A DNA stretch of 53,865 nt from a virus (IMGVR_UViG_3300029267_001426:1-53865), one strand, 5' to 3'. Shown: positions 17,840 to 27,019, counted from the first letter of the stretch. Notes: generated from the letters alone by a model not told the origin. Numbers and translations are program-made.

Positions 17840-18570
17840 TCAATCCCCCCCTGATTTCAGCTTGGCAGCCTCTTTCTGTTCTTTCAGCAGGCCCTTTTCT
17901 GCCAGCTGGCATTGAATCTGATTTCCATAGACAATCAAAGCAATCCAATGCTCTGGAATGTCGCCAAGGTTCCATGGTGTGATGTGGGTGGTTCCCATGG
18001 CAGCATTCAAAAACTGGGCCAGCTTGAACCTGGCCCAGTCATCAGGCGGGCTGTCCGTGTGGCCCATCAGATAGCTGGACAGCCGCCTGGTCAGTTTTTT
18101 AGGTATTCGCTCCGATAGTCCCCCATCAGAATCCCTGTCTGTTCAACTAGCCAGTCCCAGGCCATGGGATTCCTGTCAGACAGGGCAGCATGCAGCTGGT
18201 CCACCTCGTCTGGTTCCCAGTCCAGCCAGGTTTCTGACAGCCAGGCTTTCATCCTGGCCACCCATTCCCTGTGGGTCTGGGCTGTCAGGACCTTTTCACA
18301 TTCAGCCCTTTCAGCAGGGTCCTTGATCTTGTCCATTTCGCGCTTGACCCTGGACCTGGAATCAAAAAGGAATTGGGTGATGTTGTCTATTTCCTCTTTG
18401 TGTTCCCTGGTGGGTGTGACCCAGACCTGGAATGTGACCCCCCTATACAGTTCATTCAGGTCACCCAGGTCCAGGACCTTGAATTCCCTGACTGTGCCCA
18501 CTGCCTGGACTGCCTGAATTCTGCCCAGGGCCTTGCTTTTGTCCAAGCCCTTGCCTGGTTCATCTGCCAT
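17840..18570 (-). CDS. Tail assembly chaperone GT (-1 programmed frameshift product)
   Basis: After a -1 slip on A_AAA_AAC, the reading continues LKKLTRRLSSYL-MGHTDSPPDDW... with no stop, into track ORF 17840..18067. Confidence 0.7.
18091..18570 (-). CDS. Tail assembly chaperone G
   Basis: 159 aa between the tail tube and tape measure genes. AGAAAGGGGA is upstream of ATG 18570. The gene ends ...EYLKN-TGA, with the slippery heptamer in its last codons. Confidence 0.75.
   Translation of the reverse strand: MADEPGKGLDKSKALGRIQAVQAVGTVREFKVLDLGDLNELYRGVTFQVWVTPTREHKEEIDNITQFLFDSRSRVKREMDKIKDPAERAECEKVLTAQTHREWVARMKAWLSETWLDWEPDEVDQLHAALSDRNPMAWDWLVEQTGILMGDYRSEYLKN
18094..18100 (-). other. -1 frameshift slippery heptamer AAAAAAC
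   Basis: The plus strand reads gtttttt at 18094..18100. The downstream ORF is exactly in the -1 frame relative to G. Confidence 0.7.
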
Positions 18571-18592
18571 GTGTTGTTTGTCCCCTTTCTGT

Positions 18593-19612
18593 CTAGGAAT
18601 AGATAGATGACAAGTCTGTGACCACCTCAGCAGCCAGGACCTGTGCCCCAGTCTGGTCATAGCCGAAAGTCATGGTGGCTATGTCCAGGTTATTGCCCTC
18701 TTTTTCAGACCCAATGGTCTGCCAGTCTGTCCATAGGCCAGCAAAGTCCAGGGTCAAGGTGTGATAGACAGACCCGCCGATCAAGGGGCCTGTGGTCTTG
18801 AATCTCAGAAACCGTTTTGTCAGGTCATGCCCACTGGCTGGCCGATAATAGGCCATTTCAGCCAGAACAGCTGCTGTCCTTTCAAAGGTCAGCTGGGCAG
18901 TCCCCCTGATGGCCCCCTGGCCATGGTTGTCATATTCCATCTGGTCAGACCCCAGCCACTTTGCATGCAGCCCTGTTTCAAAGTTTATTTCAAAGGCGAC
19001 AAGGGCATTGGCCAATTCAGTGGTCCCCAGCCCAGCCCAGGTCCCATCCACATAGACCTGGGTCAGCTTGGCAACACACATGTCCACATTGCCCATGGAC
19101 AGGCCGCTGGTCTTTGTGGTAGGATGGACCTTTTGGCCGACCATGTCAGCTGACACATCAAAAGTCCCATCGTCACAGTCCCCACTGATGCTGATGGCCT
19201 TGACAAAGCTATAGGGGATTTCAACAGCCCCAGAATCGTCAATCACTTCCAGGGTGGCTGTGTCCACATTCACAGCCGATGTCATAGGGGCAGGAAAGGA
19301 ATAGGTATAATCCCCATCGCCCCCAGCTGATGGTGTTTCCTTGACCAGCCCCATGCTGAACAGATGGGGGAACAGCTGGAAATAGGCCCCATCCCTGGCA
19401 GCCATGGTCAGGCCCACTGCCCCCACTCGCCGGACAACAGCAGCATCCAGCAAAAGGTCAGCCCTGACCCCAATTTCCCCTTGGGGGATGTGAACCTCCC
19501 GATCTTGTCCAGGGGGAGTGATCAAGGTCAGGCCCTTTGTGGTGGCTGCCACAGCTGTGCCTGGCGTGTTTTCATAACCCCACTGGAATTCTTTCAGTTT
19601 TGTTGTGCCCAT
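18593..19612 (-). CDS. Major tail (tube) protein
   Basis: 339 aa, with strong RBS AAAAGGAG, located directly upstream of the G/GT chaperones. Confidence 0.7.
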   Translation of the reverse strand: MGTTKLKEFQWGYENTPGTAVAATTKGLTLITPPGQDREVHIPQGEIGVRADLLLDAAVVRRVGAVGLTMAARDGAYFQLFPHLFSMGLVKETPSAGGDGDYTYSFPAPMTSAVNVDTATLEVIDDSGAVEIPYSFVKAISISGDCDDGTFDVSADMVGQKVHPTTKTSGLSMGNVDMCVAKLTQVYVDGTWAGLGTTELANALVAFEINFETGLHAKWLGSDQMEYDNHGQGAIRGTAQLTFERTAAVLAEMAYYRPASGHDLTKRFLRFKTTGPLIGGSVYHTLTLDFAGLWTDWQTIGSEKEGNNLDIATMTFGYDQTGAQVLAAEVVTDLSSIYS

Positions 19613-19614
19613 GG

Positions 19615-19827
19615 CTATTGCTCCTTTTCTGGGTCTGGGGCTGGGTCATCCATGGGCAGGAATTCCCAGCACTTGCCTTGGACCAGGACAGCCTGGCCCC
19701 CATACTTGACCACCTCGTCTGGGGTCAGGTCCCTGGCAGGGACACCAGGCACAGCAGCATGGGCAGCTGTGCCAATGTACCTGGCCCAGACCTGGCCATC
19801 AGGGAGAGATTGAAAGCCGGTTGACAT
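19615..19827 (-). CDS. Small hypothetical protein (70 aa)
   Basis: This internal ATG of track ORF 19615..19947 limits the overlap with the better-supported upstream gene to 29 nt. Confidence 0.4.
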   Translation of the reverse strand: MSTGFQSLPDGQVWARYIGTAAHAAVPGVPARDLTPDEVVKYGGQAVLVQGKCWEFLPMDDPAPDPEKEQ

Positions 19828-20236
19828 GGAATTTGGTTTTGATGTGGTATCTGACACCGAAATGATCCTTTCCAGCCCAAGTGATAGGTCCTGGGCCATC
19901 AATGTGAAAAAGGTCCTGCTGGGCACAGGTCCCATCTTGGGTGACATGCCCCAGAAAGTATTCTGTCCCTAGTAGAATGTAAGGTCTGGCTGCTGCCTCG
20001 ACCACTGGCAGGCTGTTCCTGTCCAGCAACACATCACCATAGATCAAGCATGTGATGGTGGGTGATCTTGTGGTGTCTGTTTCTACAATGTGACAGACCA
20101 CCATGGGGCAGTCCTCCAAGCTGTCTGGTGGATGTTCTGGGGCTTGATTGATGCCAGTCATAGTGGCCAGCCCAGCTGTCAGGGCTGTGATGTATAGGTC
20201 CAATTCATCTGGTGAATGTGGTGAAAGGTCTGCCAT
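19799..20236 (-). CDS. Tail terminator / tail completion candidate
   Basis: 145 aa. The ATG directly follows the upstream TAG. The call rests on its position between the gp10-like and tube genes. Confidence 0.5.
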   Translation of the reverse strand: MADLSPHSPDELDLYITALTAGLATMTGINQAPEHPPDSLEDCPMVVCHIVETDTTRSPTITCLIYGDVLLDRNSLPVVEAAARPYILLGTEYFLGHVTQDGTCAQQDLFHIDGPGPITWAGKDHFGVRYHIKTKFHVNRLSISP

Positions 20237-20761
20237 CTATCTGCCTTTTCTGGCCCTGCTGGCCACAGCATCAATGATTTCCTCTTGGGCATCTAAAAAG
20301 AACCCTTTGACCAGGGGCCTTGCTTCCATCCATCCCCTGGCAAACATGAATCGCCCTTTGATGCCTTTGCTGTATATCTTGGCCCTGACAGCATAGGCCG
20401 CCCCCTCGTCACCCAGGACCAGCCTGGCCCATCTTTTCAGGGGTTCAATGGGGACCCAGGTCCCAGGCTGCCTGCCGATTTCAACAGGGAAAGCATAGTC
20501 CAGGTTAGATTCAGCAATCCCCCTGATTTCCCCACCTATCTGGCCAATGGTCCCCAGGGTTTCCACCCTGCCTGCTATGGACCCCAGCAAGTCACCCTCA
20601 TTGACTGGGGTCCTGGGCTTGATTTCAGCCACCACAGCATAGATGGATTTTTTCATGGCTGTGACCACGATGGGTTCAGCCAGTTCAGGATACATGGCCA
20701 GGACCTTTGACCAGGCCCTGACTTGGCTGTCATCTATCTTGTATGTGGCAGTTTGGGACAT
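20237..20761 (-). CDS. HK97 gp10-family neck / head-tail joining protein
   Basis: PRTPVNEGDLLGSI resembles the P-V-D-T-G-x-L-x-x-S motif of the gp10 family. Size and position also fit. Confidence 0.6.
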   Translation of the reverse strand: MSQTATYKIDDSQVRAWSKVLAMYPELAEPIVVTAMKKSIYAVVAEIKPRTPVNEGDLLGSIAGRVETLGTIGQIGGEIRGIAESNLDYAFPVEIGRQPGTWVPIEPLKRWARLVLGDEGAAYAVRAKIYSKGIKGRFMFARGWMEARPLVKGFFLDAQEEIIDAVASRARKGR

Positions 20762-20764
20762 CTG

Positions 20765-20860
20765 TCAGAAAGCCCCCTGGGCAAAAGTGTGGCAGATTTC
20801 CTGCCAAGTTTGGATCATTCCCTGCTCAGAATCGCTCCTGACAAGCGTGTTTCTGGCCAT
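20765..20860 (-). CDS. Possible coupled mini-ORF (31 aa)
   Basis: ATG in a TGATG overlap with the upstream stop. Its own stop lies 3 nt before the next ATG, so it fills an otherwise empty 98-nt gap. It is below the track length cutoff. Confidence 0.3.
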   Translation of the reverse strand: MARNTLVRSDSEQGMIQTWQEICHTFAQGAF

Positions 20861-21738
20861 CACAGCCTGGCCATTCTGGGTGGGGCACGCCGGACCAGTT
20901 CCTTGACCATTGGGTCCAGTTTTCTGGGCAATTCCACTGTCCCCAGTTCTGGGGTCCCTGAAATAGTAGACCAGCCAGACTTGACCAGATTATACCACTG
21001 GGCCACTTGGGTCATGGTCGCCCTGACAATCAAGTCAGGGGGACTGGTGGACACTCCCCAGACCCCTGTGACCCTGACCCTGTCCATGCCTTTGGTCCAG
21101 GTCTGCTTTGTGCCTGGGCTTTTGTTGTTCACATCCAGCCGCCTGATGGGGTCATTGGTCAGGGCATTCCTTGGATACCTGACCCAGTCAGTGGATGCCC
21201 AGCTGGTATATGTCCCGTCTGTTTCCTCGACCTCTACCAGGGAAATGCTGACTGCTGGCCAAGGCAGCCACAGGCTTGCCCTGCCATTTCCATCAATGGT
21301 TCTGGCTGATGACCCGCTGGCCATGTAGGCCCCAGGTTCAAGACCCTTGTATTGATCCACCAGCCTGGACACTGCCACAGCACAGGACCACAGGACCTGG
21401 TCCCACTTGGGGCTGATCGCCGATGACCCAGACCCAGTGGACAGTTCCTGGCGCACATCAAAGGCAGTACAATAGGCATCAATTGTGCCACCCTGCTGGG
21501 CATCAGACTTGTCAGACTGCCCTGGGCTGCTGCCCCAGTAGGCCACTTTATACCAGGTATCACTGTCCCCATCTGGGTCCACATAGCTATAACCGGACGT
21601 CTGGGCCACCAGTGTGACAGTCCCATCCAGTGTGGTGAAATCCCCATCCTGGGCAGTGTCTGTGAACACTCGGATCAATGTGTAACCCTGGGCAATCAGA
21701 TTGTCAATGTCAGCCGCTGTGATTTCTAGTCGGATCAT
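20860..21738 (-). CDS. Head-tail connector (gp6-like adaptor) with extra N-terminal beta domain
   Basis: The central region YCTAFDVRQEL...WDQVLWSCAVAVSRLVDQY resembles gp6-type adaptors. ATGA overlap with the upstream gene. Confidence 0.5.
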   Translation of the reverse strand: MIRLEITAADIDNLIAQGYTLIRVFTDTAQDGDFTTLDGTVTLVAQTSGYSYVDPDGDSDTWYKVAYWGSSPGQSDKSDAQQGGTIDAYCTAFDVRQELSTGSGSSAISPKWDQVLWSCAVAVSRLVDQYKGLEPGAYMASGSSARTIDGNGRASLWLPWPAVSISLVEVEETDGTYTSWASTDWVRYPRNALTNDPIRRLDVNNKSPGTKQTWTKGMDRVRVTGVWGVSTSPPDLIVRATMTQVAQWYNLVKSGWSTISGTPELGTVELPRKLDPMVKELVRRAPPRMARL

Positions 21739-24143
21739 GTTTCATCTGTCCCCTTGATGTCAGGGTCCCCAGTCCTTGCCCCCCTGATGGTGGGTGGGGC
21801 CAGGACCCTGCCAGCCCTTAACCTGATTCCTTGAACAGCCGCCCGGATGACTGGCCCTGCCTGTTCCCATCGCAAGGGAACCAGGGTTCCTGCCAAGCCC
21901 AAGGCCCTGGACAGAACCAGCTGAATGAATCTGGCCAGGCCACCAGCCAGCAGCAGGCTGCCAGCCAGGTCCAGCTGGGCTTTCTTGGCCACTGTGCCAG
22001 CCAAGACCAGGGTCCCTGTGACCAGGACAGGGATGCCCAGTTTTCTGCCATCCCCCAGGCCAGCCAGGCCCAAGGACCCTGCCAGGGCCTTGCCTGTGGA
22101 CCTGGCCAGCTGGCCTGCTGGGCCGAGCTCGCCGGCTGCTGCTGTCCTGGTGGACCTGGTCAGCTGGCCTGCTGGGACCAGGTCCCCTGTGAATGCCACC
22201 AGGGCAATGAACCTGAACAGGCCCCCAGCTGGGGACAGGCTGCCAGCCAGGACCAGCCTGGTGATTCTGGTCAGCTGGCCTGCTGAGACAAGGACCCCAC
22301 CCAGGCTGATGCTGACAGCCCTGGCCAGGCTGCCTGCCATGGCCACTGTTCCTGCCAGGGTCAGCCGGGCAGCCCTCGAGACAGACCCAGCCAGACCCAG
22401 GTCCCCAGCAAAGGCCACCAGGACCACCAGCCTGGTCATTATTCCTGATGGGGCCAGGCTGCCTGCTGTGCTGGTGGATGTGTGCCTGGCCAGGCTGCCT
22501 GCTGGGGACAGGACCCCTGTCAGCTGTGCAAAGTATAGCCTGATGCCTGTGGCCACACCAGCCAAGACCAGGGTCCCTGACAGACTGGCCAGCTGGGTCA
22601 GCCTGGTCAGCTGCCCAGCCATGGCCAGGCTGCCATCTGTGGAGGTGGATGTCTGCCTGGTGATGGACCCTGCCAGGCCCAGGCCACCAGTGGCCAGCTG
22701 GATGATTTTTTTGAATGTGGTCAAGCCCCCAGCTGGGGCCAGGCTGCCAGACAATCCTGACAAGCTGACCAGCTTGGCTGCTGCCCCAGTCAGCCCCAGA
22801 ACCCCAGCCAGGGCAAGGGTCCAGGCAGTCACTGTGGCCACTGCTCCGCTGGCAGACAGCTGCCCAGTCAGGACCACCCTGACCACCAGGGCAATGCTGC
22901 CAGCCAGGGCCAGGTCCCCAGCCAGGCCAGTCAGCCTGGTGGTCCTGGTCATTGCCCCAGCCAGGCCCAAGGTTCCTGCTGGGCTGTGCGTCGACGATCG
23001 GCGGGTCACAGCCCCAGCAGCTGAGACTGTGCCAGCTGTGGATTTCCTGGGCAGCCTGGCTGATGTGCCACTTGGGGCCAGCAGGCCAGCCAGGGCTTTC
23101 CCTGCCTGCCTGACCAGGTCACCAGCTGGGGCCAATGCCCCTGACCTGGTCACTGACACTGACCTGGTGGCTGCCCCTGATGGGGACACTGTGCCCTGGG
23201 CCAGCTTGCCTGGCAGCCTGGCCAGAACACCAGCAGGAACCAGGACCCCACCAGCTGTCTTGGCTGTGCCTCTTGCCAGGCTGCCTGCTGGGACCAGGGT
23301 CCCCTGGGTCTGTTTATCAGTCAGCCTGACCAGCTGGCCTGCTGGGGCCAGGATGCCTGCCACTGTGCGTCTGGCTTGCAAAGCATAGGACAGCTGGCCT
23401 GCTGGGGCCAAGGTTCCTGCCTGCCCCCCAAGGCCAATTTCCCTGGCCAGGCCCCCTGATGGGCTGATGCTGCCAGCAGCTGACTGGTCAAATTCCTGGG
23501 AACTCTCGCCAATTTCTGTGCCGTCGTCCCGAAAAATGAACTCGTCAAGATAAAATGTGGAATTCCAGTCATTCCCTGTGTAAGGGACACCCATCCTGAC
23601 ACTGGATGGCTTGCTGAGATTGTATAGATCAATGTTTGACACTTGCTGCTGCTGGACACCATCTATATAATAGGTGATCTGGCCATCATTGGCAGATGCC
23701 CCGCTGGCATATTCCACATGGATTTCAATGTAATGTTCAGCATCACTGATGCTGACACTGCTGCCCAGATAGGTCCAGCCCATGCTGTCATCCATATAGC
23801 GGACCCTGACACTGTGGTCAGGGCCACTGCTGCTGGTATAGGATACTTGCAGCCTGCCGCTGTTATTGTCAAAGATGGTCAGAATCTGGCCTATTCCATA
23901 CTCAGCATAACCGTTAGGGTCAAAGTAGAATCTGAATCTGTATTCATCACTGGTGATCTGGGTCCAGTTTTTGCGGCCATAGATGGTGACAGTGTCATCA
24001 GCCTGAACAGAAACCCCACCAGATGACCCGCCCAGGCCAGCTGAACTGGACCAGGACAGCCGCCCCCCATCTGTTACTGTGCTGTCAAAGCCATCAGACC
24101 CAGTCAGACTGCTTTCACAGTTTATTTCACATACTAGGCCCAA
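21735..24143 (-). CDS. LamG/concanavalin-like domain protein with about 27-30 tandem 18-19-aa repeats
   Basis: TTG start 7 nt after AAGGAA. The N-terminal 215 aa is lectin-like (YIDGVQQ...FYLDEFIF). Repeats of the form G-x-L-x-P/L-A-G-x-L-x-R-x7-8 follow. Confidence 0.7.
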   Translation of the reverse strand: MGLVCEINCESSLTGSDGFDSTVTDGGRLSWSSSAGLGGSSGGVSVQADDTVTIYGRKNWTQITSDEYRFRFYFDPNGYAEYGIGQILTIFDNNSGRLQVSYTSSSGPDHSVRVRYMDDSMGWTYLGSSVSISDAEHYIEIHVEYASGASANDGQITYYIDGVQQQQVSNIDLYNLSKPSSVRMGVPYTGNDWNSTFYLDEFIFRDDGTEIGESSQEFDQSAAGSISPSGGLAREIGLGGQAGTLAPAGQLSYALQARRTVAGILAPAGQLVRLTDKQTQGTLVPAGSLARGTAKTAGGVLVPAGVLARLPGKLAQGTVSPSGAATRSVSVTRSGALAPAGDLVRQAGKALAGLLAPSGTSARLPRKSTAGTVSAAGAVTRRSSTHSPAGTLGLAGAMTRTTRLTGLAGDLALAGSIALVVRVVLTGQLSASGAVATVTAWTLALAGVLGLTGAAAKLVSLSGLSGSLAPAGGLTTFKKIIQLATGGLGLAGSITRQTSTSTDGSLAMAGQLTRLTQLASLSGTLVLAGVATGIRLYFAQLTGVLSPAGSLARHTSTSTAGSLAPSGIMTRLVVLVAFAGDLGLAGSVSRAARLTLAGTVAMAGSLARAVSISLGGVLVSAGQLTRITRLVLAGSLSPAGGLFRFIALVAFTGDLVPAGQLTRSTRTAAAGELGPAGQLARSTGKALAGSLGLAGLGDGRKLGIPVLVTGTLVLAGTVAKKAQLDLAGSLLLAGGLARFIQLVLSRALGLAGTLVPLRWEQAGPVIRAAVQGIRLRAGRVLAPPTIRGARTGDPDIKGTDET
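21861..23477 (-). repeat. Coding tandem repeat array (period about 54-57 nt)
   Basis: Degenerate in-frame repeats (GTLAPAGQL.R...). They also generate the spurious 487-aa antisense ORF 21925..23388. Confidence 0.8.
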
Positions 24144-24146
24144 GGG

Positions 24147-24497
24147 TTATTTCCTTTTCCCAGAACCAGGTCTGATGGCCCCAGGGTCAGGGGGCTTGAT
24201 GTCTGGGATTTCAGGTTCATGTTCCTCGTCCTCTGGCCAGACAAAGTCCCTGGGCACAGGCAATGGCCCCACCCTGATGGCCCATGACTTGTCCCTGTTC
24301 AAGTGGACAGCAAAGTCAGGCAGCTTGATGCCTGCTGCTGCTGCCCTGGCTTGCAAGGCAGCAACAGCATCCCGGTCAGCTGTTAGCTTTTCAGCCTCCC
24401 TGTGGGACAAGGCAATTTCAGCCCTGCTGCCTTTGACTGTCAGCAGCAGGGCCACCCTGTCTTTTATTCGGCTAGTGGCTGACCCAGTCAAAGACAT
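24147..24497 (-). CDS. Hypothetical protein (116 aa)
   Basis: TGATG overlap with the upstream gene. Codon usage matches the neighbouring genes. Confidence 0.6.
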   Translation of the reverse strand: MSLTGSATSRIKDRVALLLTVKGSRAEIALSHREAEKLTADRDAVAALQARAAAAGIKLPDFAVHLNRDKSWAIRVGPLPVPRDFVWPEDEEHEPEIPDIKPPDPGAIRPGSGKRK

Positions 24498-25117
24498 CAG
24501 GACCCTGCTGTCACAGTCAGTTCATAGGTGAATTCAATGCTGTCCCCATTGGACACATTGATTGCTGAAAAGACAGTCCTGTCCAGCAGTGTGCCGCTGG
24601 TGCTGGCATTCAACAGGCCATGTTCTGTGATGGCTGCTGAACCAGTATAGGACAGGGTCCCCACTGAGCGATAGATGTTCGCGCTGGCCCCCTCAGTCTG
24701 GGTCCCAGTGGCCCTGGCCAGGCCATCCCCTGTTTCAATGTCAGTGTCCCCCACAGCCTCTGCTGTGGTCCCTGTACCACTGTCATGATACTTGAAATCG
24801 CCCCATGTGCTGGTTTCCGTTTGCAGCTGGTCAACCATGAAATTGACAAAGGCTGTGGTAACCACACGATAGCCCAGGACCCCAAGGTCCAGCCGCTGGC
24901 CACCAGACTTGACCAGGACAGCCCTGACAGACCCCAGCATCACTGGCAGCCTGGTCAGCTTGGCAGTCCACAGGGCCAGCTGGCGCTGTGCCCAGCCCAG
25001 GATGAAAGCCGGGCGGGCCTGATTTTTCAGCTTGTATTTCCAGGGGACCACCTTGGGGGCATGATGGACCTTGATCCCCAGGTCCCCGGCGATTCCCACA
25101 TTGCCTGTGTAGGCCAT
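24497..25117 (-). CDS. Hypothetical structural protein (206 aa)
   Basis: AGAAAGGA lies 9 nt before the ATG. It lies in the head-accessory region. Confidence 0.65.
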   Translation of the reverse strand: MAYTGNVGIAGDLGIKVHHAPKVVPWKYKLKNQARPAFILGWAQRQLALWTAKLTRLPVMLGSVRAVLVKSGGQRLDLGVLGYRVVTTAFVNFMVDQLQTETSTWGDFKYHDSGTGTTAEAVGDTDIETGDGLARATGTQTEGASANIYRSVGTLSYTGSAAITEHGLLNASTSGTLLDRTVFSAINVSNGDSIEFTYELTVTAGS

Positions 25118-25120
25118 GAT

Positions 25121-25351
25121 TCAGATTCCTTTCTTTGTTGTTTGGCCAGATGCCATGGCTGTGTTTCTAGGGGGGCCATCAAAGGCCCTGGTCTGGACAG
25201 ACCCCTGGGCCACCAGTTCAAAGTGGCCAGGGGCTTTCTGGTCTAGGGCCTGAAAGGTAGCCAGGGACATTTCAAGGACATCCCCCTGGCCACATTGAAA
25301 GACTTGGCCCTGATAGTCAGCCAGGCATCTGACCTGGACAAGGGTGGCCAT
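25121..25351 (-). CDS. Hypothetical protein (76 aa)
   Basis: TGATG overlap with the upstream gene. Confidence 0.55.
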   Translation of the reverse strand: MATLVQVRCLADYQGQVFQCGQGDVLEMSLATFQALDQKAPGHFELVAQGSVQTRAFDGPPRNTAMASGQTTKKGI

Positions 25352-25773
25352 CAGCCTTGATTGATGTCCACATAGACGGTCACCAGGACACTGGGCGTGG
25401 TCCCTGCTGCCCAGCTGGCATCTGTGGTGACCTTGCAGCCGATCCGCTGTGCTGCTGTGACAGGATGCTGTCCCCGGCGCGCTGTGTTGGTGGCATACTG
25501 GGTGTCAGTGGCATTGATGACCGCTGTGGTGCTGATGGCAGTCCCATTGATGGTGGGGGCAAAAGTGGCAGTCCCACCCGTGCGCGCAGCCTCACAGCTG
25601 ACCCCAATGCCGACAATGGACCCAGGCCAGGGGATGGGATGCTGTCCCAAGTCAGTGGCAGTGGCCTCCCCAGGGGGGGACAGGACCACACCAGACTGGC
25701 TGGCTGCCAGGTCTGCCAGGTAAAACCTGAATGATACGATATTGCTTTTGTCTGACCGCATTTCAGCAGGCAT
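25351..25773 (-). CDS. Hypothetical protein (140 aa), possible head decoration
   Basis: AGAAAGGA lies 6 nt before the ATG. The sequence is Thr/Ala-rich and beta-like. Confidence 0.6.
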   Translation of the reverse strand: MPAEMRSDKSNIVSFRFYLADLAASQSGVVLSPPGEATATDLGQHPIPWPGSIVGIGVSCEAARTGGTATFAPTINGTAISTTAVINATDTQYATNTARRGQHPVTAAQRIGCKVTTDASWAAGTTPSVLVTVYVDINQG

Positions 25774-25794
25774 GCTGATTCCTTTCTTTGCCCA

Positions 25795-26142
25795 CTAGGG
25801 GGCTGTGTTGTTGTTTGACAGGGTGAATGACAGGTCCCTTTCACCCACTTGGATGGTTTCACTGTCACCAGGGGCCAGGCCGCCCACAGCCATCAGATGG
25901 GCCTGGGCATTGCCTGTCAGGGTCACTGGCTGGCCACTGGTCAGAATGATCATGGTGATGTCACCCAGGGCAGGGTCTGACCCTATCACCAGGGTGGTCC
26001 ATTCCACCCTGGGGTCATCGGCCTGGGCCTGGATGGCCTGGTCCTGGTCACCAGCCAGGCAGCCCACTGCCAGCACAGCCAGCAGCAGGGCAGCCCACAG
26101 CAGGGCAGCCAGGGCCTTGATTGATGGCCGCCGAACGTTCAT
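25795..26142 (-). CDS. Lipoprotein (115 aa)
   Basis: The signal peptide ends in the lipobox LAVGC. RBS is GAGAAAGGGA. ATGA overlap with the upstream gene. Confidence 0.65.
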   Translation of the reverse strand: MNVRRPSIKALAALLWAALLLAVLAVGCLAGDQDQAIQAQADDPRVEWTTLVIGSDPALGDITMIILTSGQPVTLTGNAQAHLMAVGGLAPGDSETIQVGERDLSFTLSNNNTAP

Positions 26143-26384
26143 GGGGTCCCTTTCTCAGCAGGCCAGCATGGGCCTGGTGGGGGACAAGGTGGCCAAGGCG
26201 GGGTCACTGCTATCAGCTGCCAGCCTGGGTTCTTTTCCAGGACAGGCAGAAAGACATAGTGGCCAGACTTGGCCAGCAGCCTGGGCAAGGCCAGTGTCAA
26301 GACCAGGGCCAAGATCAAAAGGCCCAGGGCCACCCTGGCCGCCCACTTTGCAGCAGGCCCCTTGGGGTCCAGCTGGCTGGGCAT
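26139..26384 (-). CDS. Small membrane protein (81 aa)
   Basis: TGATG overlap upstream and ATGA overlap downstream. One TM helix (VALGLLILALVLTLAL). Confidence 0.5.
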   Translation of the reverse strand: MPSQLDPKGPAAKWAARVALGLLILALVLTLALPRLLAKSGHYVFLPVLEKNPGWQLIAVTPPWPPCPPPGPCWPAEKGTP

Positions 26385-27019
26385 CAGTTATCAGCCCTGC
26401 TGAGCTCAAGCCAGTTGGTCCCATCAGACATCAGGGTCAAGGTGTCATACTGGCCAAGGGCTGCCGCTGCTGTCAGCATCAGGGTCCCACTGTCAGCCAG
26501 ATTGATGGTCTGGGCTGATGTGTTCACCAGGACCACCAGGTCCCCAGCTGTGGCCCCAGCTGTGATGGTGGGCGTGACCTCGCCGGCCGCTGAAATGGGC
26601 TGATAGGACCCAGTCACTGTGAATGCTGCCCCATTGGTCACTGTGATGCTGGTCTGGGCAGCAAAGGTCAGGTCATCGGCTACAGTCAGGTCACCATCAG
26701 CCATGGTCAGGTCGCCGGACGTCATGGTCAGGTCACCCAGGGTCAGGGTCAGATTCCCAGCAGTCAGGGTGGCATCACCGCTGGTCATGCCCAGGTCCCC
26801 ATTGTATAGGGTCAGGCCCCCACCAGCAGCCCCATCCAGTCTGATGGTTTCTGTGGACATTTCGTCAGAATAGAACCTGATGTCCCCACCAGCCCTGACA
26901 TAGGAATCCCCGCGACAGTTGAAACAGATGTTTTCCCTGGGGGAACAGCCAGCCACAGCCACCAGCAGCAGGGCTGCCAGGACCAGGGCCTTGGCCAGGG
27001 TCTGTTTTGGTTGGTTCAT
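26384..27019 (-). CDS. Lipoprotein with GDLT heptad-like beta-repeats
   Basis: Lipobox VAVAGC and RBS AAAGGAGAAAG. Repeats read GDLGMTSGDATLTAGNLTLTLGDLTMTSGDLTMADGDLTV. Confidence 0.65.
   Translation of the reverse strand: MNQPKQTLAKALVLAALLLVAVAGCSPRENICFNCRGDSYVRAGGDIRFYSDEMSTETIRLDGAAGGGLTLYNGDLGMTSGDATLTAGNLTLTLGDLTMTSGDLTMADGDLTVADDLTFAAQTSITVTNGAAFTVTGSYQPISAAGEVTPTITAGATAGDLVVLVNTSAQTINLADSGTLMLTAAAALGQYDTLTLMSDGTNWLELSRADN

Noticed and set aside
21925-23388. 487-aa plus-strand ORF (PAR/PAG-rich)
   Set aside because: It is the mirror image of the tandem repeat array in the 802-aa minus-strand gene. It has no RBS and sits inside a tightly coupled minus-strand operon.
21861-23477. CRISPR-like or DGR-like repeat array
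   Set aside because: The repeats are contiguous, degenerate, in frame and coding, with no spacer structure. No Cas genes or reverse transcriptase are present.
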